Assembly (NCBI GenBank): GCA_009786685.1
Contig: WQRQ01000105.1
Location: forward strand, 1-8,930
Direction: 5' to 3'
DNA length: 8,930 nt
Origin: Defluviitaleaceae bacterium
GTDB lineage: Bacteria; Bacillota; Clostridia; Lachnospirales; WQUN01
Position 1 is the stretch's first letter; every line of letters begins with the position of its first letter. Shown one piece after another: positions 1 to 6,156 of this stretch. Made by a program: the position numbers and the translations under genes. The notes below the pieces were generated by a model. It was given only the letters and a program-made list of their open reading frames with translations, was not told where the DNA came from and did not search any database.

Positions 1-344
1 GCTACTGCGGCAAAAATAGTTAATGTAAAACGCCCTGTTGGGGTTGTGGTGTCTATATGCTCTTTTAGGCTTATAAACTCCACTCCCTTTTTTGTTAGCT
101 TCTCTACGAGGTTTAGCAAATCTTTTGTATTACGAGCAAAGCGGCTTATGGATTCCACTACAACGGTGTCACCTTTTTGTACCTTGTTCATAAGAGATTG
201 CAATACGGGACGTTTTATGTCTTTACCGCTTAATTTTTCTACAAATATTCTTTCCGGTGGGATTCCGCGCTCGTGCATTGCGGTTAATTGGCGGTATTCG
301 TGCTGGTCTTTGGAAGACACACGACAATAAGCGTAATTTTTTAT
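1..344 (-). CDS. Serine recombinase (small resolvase/invertase type), N-terminal catalytic domain only. The C-terminus lies beyond the left window edge and the start codon is unresolved.
   Basis: This ORF is absent from the ORF track because it has no ATG/GTG/TTG. Minus-strand translation from 344 downward reads IKNYAYCRVSSKDQHEYRQLTAMHERGIPPERIFVEKLSGKDIKRPVLQSLMNKVQKGDTVVVESISRFARNTKDLLNLVEKLTKKGVEFISLKEHIDTTTPTGRFTLTIFAAVA. It shows the Y-x-R-V-S-S-x-x-Q nucleophile motif about 10 residues from the N-terminus, EKxSG, RP, GD followed by a hydrophobic strand and S-x-x-R-x-x-R, and IDTxTxxGR. These are all hallmarks of the resolvase/invertase catalytic domain. An in-frame TAA at 384-386 bounds the frame upstream. 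Confidence 0.85.
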   Translation of the reverse strand, partial: MKNYAYCRVSSKDQHEYRQLTAMHERGIPPERIFVEKLSGKDIKRPVLQSLMNKVQKGDTVVVESISRFARNTKDLLNLVEKLTKKGVEFISLKEHIDTTTPTGRFTLTIFAAV

Positions 345-409
345 AAAATCACCCTTTCGCTTGTTTTTCTTGGTTTTCTTATGTTAATCCATAAAATACT
401 CTGCGCAGA

Positions 410-425
410 TTGGCGTCACCGCCAA
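410..425. promoter_or_regulatory. 16-bp perfect palindrome TTGGCG-TCAC-CGCCAA about 70 nt upstream of the recombinase coding start; candidate operator or recombinase half-site pair
   Basis: Read directly: TTGGCG (410-415), TCAC, CGCCAA (420-425). There is no functional evidence beyond its position in the recombinase 5' region. Confidence 0.2.
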
Positions 426-546
426 GGGATTTCCCGTACAATATGAATATTTCTTGAAGCAAACCCACAAATAAAGCACCGCCACGCGTGTAAATATTGC
501 GGTAAATGTGAGCAAACTCCAAGGGTAAAACGGGTGAGCGTCAAGG

Positions 547-574
547 TGTGACAACCGAGGCAACATGTGACAAC
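547..574 (+). repeat. Two direct copies of TGTGACAAC (547-555 and 566-574), 19 bp apart start to start
   Basis: Exact 9-mers read in gtGTGACAACcgaggcaacaTGTGACAACagag. A third exact copy lies on the minus strand at 6149-6157, and an 8/9 copy (TGTGACAAA) at 685-693. Confidence 0.6.
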
Positions 575-684
575 AGAGCAGGGTTTACGCAGGGACGTTG
601 CATTTCGTTTGACGTTTAGAGCCTGTTAATGCAGCAGTTGCAAAGGTTGTGCCTTTCAACTCGTGATTATCATATATGTAATTT

Positions 685-708
685 TGTGACAAATGTTATG
701 ACATTGTC
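685..708 (+). repeat. TGTGACAA motif copy embedded in an imperfect inverted repeat (ACAAATGT tatg ACATTGT)
   Basis: The sequence is tttTGTGACAAATGTtatgACATTGTCcg. The arms are complementary apart from one extra A in the left arm. Confidence 0.35.
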
Positions 709-730
709 CGTAAGTTTGTCTTAATTTTTG

Positions 731-762
731 CAAATTAAAAAGCGAGCCGTTTTCGACCCGCT
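731..762 (-). terminator. Rho-independent terminator of the S41 protease gene
   Basis: The minus-strand RNA reads AGCGGGUCG-AAAA-CGGCUCGCU, a 9-bp stem that includes two G-U pairs. It is followed by UUUUUAAUUU and starts 11 nt after the TAA stop at 773-775. Confidence 0.7.
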
Positions 763-772
763 CTTACCTGCT

Positions 773-1975
773 TTATTCCATTTTGCCGTTTGCTATTTCC
801 AATGCGGCTTGTAGTTGGATGTCTTCTTCCGGGGAGATGGCTCCTATTCTGCGGCTTAGGGATTCGGGCATTTCTACTTCTATGTGGGGGGTTATGCCTG
901 TGCCGTGGATGGATTCGCCGCTGGGGGTGAAGTATTTTTGGACGGTGAGTTTTATGGCTGTACCGTCGGATAGGTGGAGTAGGTTTTGGACTACGCCTTT
1001 GCCGAAGGTTTGTGTGCCTACTATTGTACCCATTCCTGCGTCGCGTACTGCGCCGGAGAGGACTTCGGAGGCAGACGCGCTGCGTTCGTTCACGAGGAGG
1101 ACGAGGGGTAGTCCCAGGTGGGCTTCGTCGGAGTAGAAGTTTTCTCGGCGGCCTGCGGCGTTTACTGTGTAGACGATTATTCCTTCGGGGATTAGGCGGT
1201 CGGTTATTGAGTTTACTGTACATAGGAGGCCGCCGGGGTTGTTTCGGACGTCTATTATTAGGGCGTCCATGCCATCGGAGTAGAGTTCGGATAGGGCGTT
1301 GTCGAATTGGTTTGCGGTTACGCGGTCGAAGCCTTCCAGGCGGATGTAGCCTACTGCGCCTTGTTCTGTGTACAGCATTTCGTGGAAGACGGTGGGGACT
1401 TCTACGCGGGCGCGGGTTATTTCGAAATAGAGGCGTTCGTGTTCATAGGGGCGTAGGATGGTTAGGGTTACGGTTGTACCTGCGGGGCCTGTTATCATGG
1501 ATACTACGTCTTCGCGTTGGCGGCCTATTACTTCTATGCCGTCTACGGCTACGATTTTGTCGCCGGGAAGAATACCTGCATTCGCGGCGGGTGCGTCGCG
1601 GAAGGTATTTGTGATTGTGATGAAGGGGTCGTCTTCTTCTACGGAAATGTGGACGCCTATACCTACGAATGTGCCTTCTGTGCGGGCGTGGAATGCCGCC
1701 AGTGCCGACGCGTCGAAGTATTGTGTGTATGGGTCACCTACTCCTTCTAAGAAGCCGCGGTACATGTTTTCGAGCATTTCGTCCTTGTCGAACGGCACTA
1801 TCGAAAACATGTTTAGCAGGCCGTAGATTTCCATTATTTTTGTGTTTGGGTCTATGCCTCGCCAGCGTATTTGGCGGGCGTACACGTTTATACCTGCTAC
1901 TACTACCAGCATAATTAGTGCGGTTATTAGCGCACCTGCGCTGATTCCCCTGATAAAGTCTTTTCTGTTTTCCAT
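773..1975 (-). CDS. S41 family C-terminal processing peptidase (Ctp/Prc-like) with N-terminal membrane anchor and PDZ domain
   Basis: This is a 400-aa ORF. It has a TM helix (GISAGALITALIMLVVVAGINVYA) and a PDZ-like stretch (FVGIGV...ILPGDKIVAVDG). The S41 catalytic serine context is NERSASASEVLSGA and the catalytic lysine context is TFGKGVVQ. Confidence 0.9.
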   Translation of the reverse strand: MENRKDFIRGISAGALITALIMLVVVAGINVYARQIRWRGIDPNTKIMEIYGLLNMFSIVPFDKDEMLENMYRGFLEGVGDPYTQYFDASALAAFHARTEGTFVGIGVHISVEEDDPFITITNTFRDAPAANAGILPGDKIVAVDGIEVIGRQREDVVSMITGPAGTTVTLTILRPYEHERLYFEITRARVEVPTVFHEMLYTEQGAVGYIRLEGFDRVTANQFDNALSELYSDGMDALIIDVRNNPGGLLCTVNSITDRLIPEGIIVYTVNAAGRRENFYSDEAHLGLPLVLLVNERSASASEVLSGAVRDAGMGTIVGTQTFGKGVVQNLLHLSDGTAIKLTVQKYFTPSGESIHGTGITPHIEVEMPESLSRRIGAISPEEDIQLQAALEIANGKME

Positions 1976-2128
1976 TAAGCTTCCATCCCCTCGAAGCCGC
2001 GCTGTCTTTGCGCGACATGCGTGTCTACATATTATATGTACGACCGCCTTTAAATAGTATAAAACTTGTACTTTGCGTATTTTGGTGAAAATTGTTGGTA
2101 TTTTTTGGTATTTGTTTGCAAAAAGTTG

Positions 2129-2156
2129 TTGACTTCCAGATTCTTCCTGTTATAAT
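2129..2156 (+). promoter_or_regulatory. Sigma-A-type promoter of spo0A with extended -10
   Basis: TTGACT (2129-2134), a 16-nt spacer ending in TGt, then TATAAT (2151-2156). It lies 38 nt upstream of the spo0A ATG. The SD GGAGG is at 2181-2185. Confidence 0.6.
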
Positions 2157-2193
2157 GGCAACAAATGGAAATAAATGACAGGAGGTTCGCATA

Positions 2194-2985
2194 ATGAGCG
2201 ACAAAAAAATGAGTATTTTAATGGCAGACGACAACAGGGAATTTTGTGACGCGATTACAAATTTCTTGGAGAAACAATCGGACATGAAGGTGGTAGGGGT
2301 AGCCTACGACGGCATGGAAGCACTGGAAAAAATCAAGACCCTAAAGCCCGACATCGCAATCATCGACGGTGTAATGCCAAAGCTGGACGGGCTGGGCGTG
2401 TTGGAAAAGCTAAACCTCACGGAAGAGCAACCCTACGCTCCCATATGCATTATCCTGTCGGCAATAACGCAGGACAAAATCACACAAAAGGCGATAGAAC
2501 TCGGTGCGGAGTACTACATAGCCAAGCCCTTCGACCTCGAAGCCTTGGTTACAAGAATCCGCCAGCTTAAAGAACAGCTAAAAAGCCCAATCCAAAAAGG
2601 CGTAGGCGCACGCAGCCGCCAAAACAAAGAAGTAAACCTGGAAACAAAAATCACGGGCATTTTGCATGAAATAGGCGTACCTGCGCATATTCGCGGCTAC
2701 CACTACATGCGCGAGGCGATTATGATGGCAGTCAACGACCTAGATATTTTAAATTACATCACAAAGGAATTGTACCCCACAATCGCCCGAAAATGCAATA
2801 CAACCCCCTCCCGCGTAGAACGAGCAATCCGCCACGCAATAGAAGTAGCCTGGAGCCGCGGCAAAGTAGAAATCATAGATTCTCTATTTGGCTACACGAT
2901 ATCCAACCACAAGGGAAAGCCCACAAACAGCGAGTTTATCGCGCTGATAGCGGACAGGCTAAGGCTGGAGCTTAAAGCAAGCTAA
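2194..2985 (+). CDS. spo0A: Sporulation master response regulator Spo0A
   Basis: This is a 263-aa ORF. The N-terminal receiver domain reads ILMADDN...[16 protein letters not shown]...AKPFD. The Spo0A-specific C-terminal DNA-binding domain carries the signature [19 protein letters not shown]...[18 protein letters not shown]...[13 protein letters not shown]. The SD is 8 nt upstream of the ATG. Confidence 0.97.
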   Translation: MSDKKMSILMADDNREFCDAITNFLEKQSDMKVVGVAYDGMEALEKIKTLKPDIAIIDGVMPKLDGLGVLEKLNLTEEQPYAPICIILSAITQDKITQKAIELGAEYYIAKPFDLEALVTRIRQLKEQLKSPIQKGVGARSRQNKEVNLETKITGILHEIGVPAHIRGYHYMREAIMMAVNDLDILNYITKELYPTIARKCNTTPSRVERAIRHAIEVAWSRGKVEIIDSLFGYTISNHKGKPTNSEFIALIADRLRLELKAS

Positions 2986-3000
2986 AGTAAGTTAGAAAAT

Positions 3001-3043
3001 AAAAAAATCAACTGACGATAAATTATCATCAGTTGGTTTTTTT
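3001..3043. terminator. Bidirectional rho-independent terminator after spo0A (A7 - hairpin - T7); also copy 1 of a repeated palindromic element
   Basis: The sequence is aaaaaaaT-CAACTGACGATAA-A-TTATCATCAGTTG-Gttttttt. The stem spans 3009-3035 with one C.A mismatch, the T-run spans 3037-3043 and the A-run spans 3001-3007. Confidence 0.85.
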
Positions 3044-3072
3044 ATGCTAGGAAATTGCTCTACAAAAAAAGT

Positions 3073-3101
3073 TTGACATATATTATTATACGTCATATAA
3101 T
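3073..3101 (+). promoter_or_regulatory. Consensus sigma-A promoter of the padR operon, overlapped by an AT-rich inverted repeat (possible PadR operator)
   Basis: TTGACA (3073-3078), a 17-nt spacer and TATAAT (3096-3101), an exact match to consensus. ATATTAT (3080-3086) and ATAATAT (3097-3103) form a 7-bp inverted repeat spanning the spacer and the -10. The operator assignment is inference only and the region is AT-rich. Confidence 0.6.
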
Positions 3102-3130
3102 ATTGTAAAATCAAAAAGGAGGTGCAGCCC

Positions 3131-3544
3131 ATGGCGATTCAGGCTACGGGGATTTTGTTGGATGGCTGTGTTTTGTCGCTTCTTTCCGAGGAAGACGCCT
3201 ATGGATACAGCCTCACGCAGAGGGTTAAGGATGTGCTTGGTGTTTCGGAATCAACCTTGTACCCCGTTATGCGCCGCTTACAAACCGACGACTGCCTCAC
3301 CGTATACGACATGCCGCACAATGGCCGAAACCGGCGATATTACAGAATCACCGACCGAGGGCTGGAGCGGCTGCGGCTATGCAGCGAGGAATGGACGGAT
3401 TTCAAACGACGGGTAAATATGATATTACATCCACCTGCCGCGCCCTGCGCGGCACGCGGGAGCGGAGTGGAGCGGGATTCACTCCCGCGTAACGAGGGGG
3501 ATTGGGGGCGCAGCCCCCATTCAAATGGAGGTGCGTCGCAATGA
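3131..3544 (+). CDS. PadR family transcriptional regulator (about 99-aa winged-helix core) with a 38-aa tail encoded by a GC-rich repeat element
   Basis: The core reads GYSLTQRVKDVLGVSESTLYPVMRRLQTDDCLTVYDMPHNGRNRRYYRITDRGLERL, typical of PadR. I preferred the ATG at 3131 (AGGAGG at 3117-3122, 8-nt spacer) over the track's GTG at 3122. From 3428 the frame reads HPPAAPCAARGSGVERDSLPRNEGDWGRSPHSNGGASQ through three GC hairpins. It stops at a TGA (3542-3544) that overlaps the next gene's ATG. Confidence 0.85.
   Translation: MAIQATGILLDGCVLSLLSEEDAYGYSLTQRVKDVLGVSESTLYPVMRRLQTDDCLTVYDMPHNGRNRRYYRITDRGLERLRLCSEEWTDFKRRVNMILHPPAAPCAARGSGVERDSLPRNEGDWGRSPHSNGGASQ
3437..3519 (+). repeat. Composite GC-rich element made of three hairpins (REP-like), copy A
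   Basis: Hairpin 1 is GCCGCGC-cct-GCGCGGC (3437-3453). Hairpin 2 is CGCGGGAG...CTCCCGCG (3455-3462 paired with 3482-3489). Hairpin 3 is TGGGGGC-gca-GCCCCCA (3503-3519), preceded by GAGGGGGAT. Hairpin 3 and its flank resemble the elements at 6961-6984 and 8559-8580. Confidence 0.7.
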
Positions 3545-4143
3545 CTAAAGTGGAATTTATGAAGCAACTAAACAATCGCTTACAAATCTTACCCGAAAGC
3601 GAAAGGCGCGACGCGCTGGAATACTACGAAGGCTACATCAGCGACGCCGACAGCGAAGAAGCCGCATTGGCGCAACTGGGAACCCCCGCAGAAGTAGCAG
3701 CAAAAATCATAGCAAACGCGACCTTCCCTGCGGAAGCTTCGCCTCCCCCACCCCCACCTGCGGGGATTAGCGGAGTTAAAACCGCTTGGCTTGTGATTTT
3801 GGCCATTTTTGCCGTGCCTATCGGATTCCCGGTGATTATTACTTTGGCTTCGGTGGCTTTCGCGCTATTTATTGTTTTGATTGTTCTAATTTTTACATTT
3901 TTTATTTTGGGTGTGAGTTTGCTTTTTGCGGGAATTGTTTCGATATTCTCGTTCCCGTTTATTATGTTTCAGGATTTTGGGGCGTCTTTGCTTGCTTTGG
4001 GCGGTGGGCTTGTCACGATTGGGGTTTGCATTTTTGTGTTTAATCTTATGGCTTGGATTTTGCGCGGTTTTCCTGTAATCCCAAGGTATGTAAGCAAAAA
4101 AATCAGCGACAAAAAAGGAGGCGCAAACGATGGGAAAAACTAA
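3541..4143 (+). CDS. DUF1700/HAAS-type membrane protein (PadR-associated): N-terminal soluble helical domain, Pro-rich linker, multi-pass TM region
   Basis: I preferred the start at ATG 3541 (GGAGG at 3527-3531), because the track's earlier start would translate the GC repeat. The N-terminus MTKVEFMKQLNNRLQILPESERRDALEYYEGYISDA... matches the DUF1700 pattern. It is followed by PPPPPP and then about 110 aa of hydrophobic helices. A DUF1700 gene directly after padR is the conserved arrangement for this family. Confidence 0.8.
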   Translation: MTKVEFMKQLNNRLQILPESERRDALEYYEGYISDADSEEAALAQLGTPAEVAAKIIANATFPAEASPPPPPPAGISGVKTAWLVILAIFAVPIGFPVIITLASVAFALFIVLIVLIFTFFILGVSLLFAGIVSIFSFPFIMFQDFGASLLALGGGLVTIGVCIFVFNLMAWILRGFPVIPRYVSKKISDKKGGANDGKN

Positions 4144-4999
4144 AAAATTTAACTGGACGTACTTTGGGCTGGGCTGCATTTTGGCGGGGATTGTGTTGTT
4201 TTCTATCGGGTGGCTTTCCGGGGCGCGGGGGGCGTATTTTACAATTGGAAACAGACATATTTCGTTATTTTCGCTTGGAAGCGACTGGGGTGCAGAAACA
4301 GCGGAATGGTCGCTAAAGCCCCTAAGCGGCAATATCACAGAAATCTCCGTAAGCACAACAGCGGCAGGAATCATAATAGAAGGAATAGACACGGACGAGA
4401 CCGTAGGCGTAGAATTTAAAAATATCCCACGGGACGCCGCCGAATTCCGAAACGGTGTGCTAACCGTAGATTCCACAGAATACGAACGCGGCGGATTACC
4501 ACAAGGCGGCACAATCCGAATACGTATCCCTTTAGATGAAACCGTAAGAATAAAAGCAAACAGCGTCTCGGGGCGCGTCGATATCATAAATATCACCTAT
4601 GACGACATTAACGTAAACACCACAAGCGGAGCAATTCAGCTTATGTGGGTTACGGGCTTTATGGATATCAGCTTGGGAAGTGTTTCCGGCGCGATTGACG
4701 TTATGGCGTCTTCGTGGCAAAATCTTAGGGCGCATTCTGTTAGCGGCGCGCTGAATGCTTCGATTTTCGAATCCGACGCGGCTGAAACTTATTTAAGCAC
4801 CGTTTCCGGACGCATAACCGCGGATGTTATCGGTAGCTCGCGAGATTTCAATTATTCGATTTCCACCACTTCCGGCGTTGTGACGATTAACGGAACACGG
4901 CATAGCGGCCAACGCGCCACACACACGGGCGGCAGCGGACACCACCCCATCACAATAACCACCGTTAGCGGCCGTGTACAATTTAACTATGGAAACTAA
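4130..4999 (+). CDS. DUF4097 family beta-strand repeat protein (LiaG/YvlB-like 'putative adhesin'), N-terminally membrane anchored
   Basis: This is a 289-aa ORF with a TM helix (WTYFGLGCILAGIVLFSIGWL). It has seven spaced (S/T)(V/T)SG-x-(I/V) repeats: SVSGRVDI, TTSGAIQL, SVSGAIDV, SVSGALNA, TVSGRITA, TTSGVVTI, TVSGRVQF. AGGAGG lies 8 nt upstream of the ATG. The ORF overlaps the 3' end of the previous gene by 14 nt. Confidence 0.8.
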   Translation: MGKTKKFNWTYFGLGCILAGIVLFSIGWLSGARGAYFTIGNRHISLFSLGSDWGAETAEWSLKPLSGNITEISVSTTAAGIIIEGIDTDETVGVEFKNIPRDAAEFRNGVLTVDSTEYERGGLPQGGTIRIRIPLDETVRIKANSVSGRVDIINITYDDINVNTTSGAIQLMWVTGFMDISLGSVSGAIDVMASSWQNLRAHSVSGALNASIFESDAAETYLSTVSGRITADVIGSSRDFNYSISTTSGVVTINGTRHSGQRATHTGGSGHHPITITTVSGRVQFNYGN

Positions 5000-5017
5000 A
5001 CCAATGGAGGGATATAA

Positions 5018-5686
5018 ATGAAAAAATTTTGCATGGCAGTATTAATTTTTACCGCATTGGCACTATTCGCGGGCTGCGTTAGCGCAAATCCCGGAGTGCG
5101 CTCCGTACGCGGGCGCGGCAACATGGAGACACACACCATCCGAGCGACAGGCTTTACAGGACTGCATATAAGCGGTGGGTACGAGTTGGTTGTTGGGCAA
5201 GCAGATAGTTTTTCTGTGAACATGTATATCCAGAGCAATCTTTTCGAGTTTGTCGAGGCCGAGGTACGCGATGGGGTTTTGTATATAAGCTCGACACGAA
5301 ATTTTAACACGGGAGCGCGTAACACCCCTCGACTTTATGTAAACGCACCCGATTTAAACAGCATTTTCGTGCAGGGTGCTGTGGACGCAGATATTGTTCT
5401 GGATGTCGCCACATTGGAAATTGATGTGGCGGGCGCAGCTAATGTTATACTCGCAGGAGGTAGAGCGGAGACGCTGAGTATTTCTATCGCAGGAGCGGCT
5501 AACGTGGAAGCATTTAATTTTACTGCAACACACGCCACCGTAAATGTAGCCGGCGCAGGAAACGCCGACATATACGCCACCGACACCCTAAACGTAAGCA
5601 TTGCAGGCGTAGGAAGCGTACGCTACGACGGCGGCGCAGAAGTCACACGCAGCGTAGCAGGCTTGGGAACGGTGCGGCGGCGTTAA
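5018..5686 (+). CDS. DUF2807 / head-GIN-domain lipoprotein (beta-solenoid 'putative auto-transporter adhesin head' family)
   Basis: This is a 222-aa ORF. It has a signal peptide with a lipobox-like LFAGC. It carries repeated x-(V/I)-x-G-A-(A/G)-N-(V/A) units (VQGAVDADI, DVAGAANVI, SIAGAANVE, NVAGAGNADI, SIAGVGSVRYDG). GGAGGG lies 6 nt upstream of the ATG and the gap to the previous gene is 18 nt. Confidence 0.75.
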   Translation: MKKFCMAVLIFTALALFAGCVSANPGVRSVRGRGNMETHTIRATGFTGLHISGGYELVVGQADSFSVNMYIQSNLFEFVEAEVRDGVLYISSTRNFNTGARNTPRLYVNAPDLNSIFVQGAVDADIVLDVATLEIDVAGAANVILAGGRAETLSISIAGAANVEAFNFTATHATVNVAGAGNADIYATDTLNVSIAGVGSVRYDGGAEVTRSVAGLGTVRRR

Positions 5687-5693
5687 ACACCAA

Positions 5694-5903
5694 CTATCCT
5701 ACGTTTTCAAGCGAAATGAAGCTATCGGGATTAGCTTCATACATAGCCATTCCTTTGGCAACCAAGTGGAGTTCTTCACCTGTTAAATTTTTTTCAATAA
5801 CAATAGCGTCGTTTACCAAAGTATAAAGCAGAGGCTTTAATGCGATTAATTTGCTTTCAGGCATATCATCTATAAAACTATGAATTTCCTGCCGAATAGT
5901 CAT
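5694..5903 (-). CDS. Small acidic protein, putative antitoxin partner of the upstream RelE/ParE toxin
   Basis: This is a 69-aa product starting at ATG 5903 (MTIRQEIHSFIDDMPESKL...). GAGGAGG (5911-5917) lies 7 nt upstream, inside the end of the toxin gene, and the start is 4 nt after the toxin stop. The track's longer 82-aa version overlaps the toxin and has no SD. The antitoxin role is inferred from position, size and acidity only. Confidence 0.55.
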   Translation of the reverse strand: MTIRQEIHSFIDDMPESKLIALKPLLYTLVNDAIVIEKNLTGEELHLVAKGMAMYEANPDSFISLENVG

Positions 5904-5907
5904 GTAA

Positions 5908-6156
5908 TTACCTCCTCTTATAAATTTGCCCACGCAATCCAATATCTACAACCACAATAACATCATTTCTTATGCCAAACAAGATACGATACATCCCAAC
6001 CCTTAGCCTAAAACCTTCCTGTCCTGCCATTGCTTTGATATCACCTTGAGGTGGCTCATTTTCTAACTTTTTTAGAGCAGCCTTGATTCTGCTTTTTATT
6101 GGCTCGTTTAAGCGTTCCAGATATTTTGCCGCTTTTGGAGATAATACCGTTGTCAC
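5908..6156 (-). CDS. RelE/ParE family type II toxin
   Basis: This is an 82-aa ORF. SPKAAKYLERL...IKSRIKAALKKLENEP..GDIKAMAGQEGFRLRVGMYRILFGIRNDVIVVVDIGLRGQIY follows the RelE/ParE pattern (xxRxRVGxYRxxx, then a hydrophobic strand, then IGxRxxxY). The GTG start at 6156 overlaps the tatD TGA stop (GTGA). Confidence 0.8.
   Translation of the reverse strand: MTTVLSPKAAKYLERLNEPIKSRIKAALKKLENEPPQGDIKAMAGQEGFRLRVGMYRILFGIRNDVIVVVDIGLRGQIYKRR

Noticed and set aside
46-330. 94-aa plus-strand ORF at the left edge
   Set aside because: It is antisense to a clearly recognisable serine recombinase catalytic domain, and it has no SD or family features.
384-566. 60-aa minus-strand ORF directly upstream of, and in frame with, the recombinase
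   Set aside because: It has no SD and an implausible Trp/Cys/Phe-rich composition. It is separated from the recombinase frame by a TAA and sits in what looks like regulatory or recombination-site DNA.
629-724. 31-codon plus-strand ORF (MQQLQRLCLST...) in the recombinase upstream region
   Set aside because: It has no SD, is Cys-rich and short, and overlaps the TGTGACAA repeat. A chance open frame is the more likely explanation.
1300-1792. Two perfect Spo0A 0A-box heptamers, TGTCGAA at 1300-1306 and 1786-1792, inside the protease gene
   Set aside because: About one occurrence of any 7-mer is expected by chance in this window when both strands are counted. Both copies are deep inside coding sequence and far from any promoter.
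735-1826. Several long overlapping ORFs in other frames or on the other strand of the protease gene (735..1223 -, 783..1136 +, 1012..1614 +, 1458..1826 +), with Arg/Pro/Gly/Leu-rich products
   Set aside because: The products are low-complexity with no recognisable motifs. These frames stay open only because the locus is strongly G+T-skewed on the plus strand. The 400-aa S41 frame accounts for the region.
3886-4596. 236-aa minus-strand ORF
   Set aside because: It is antisense to the HAAS and DUF4097 genes, which have SDs, coupling and family-typical motifs. The antisense product has none of these.
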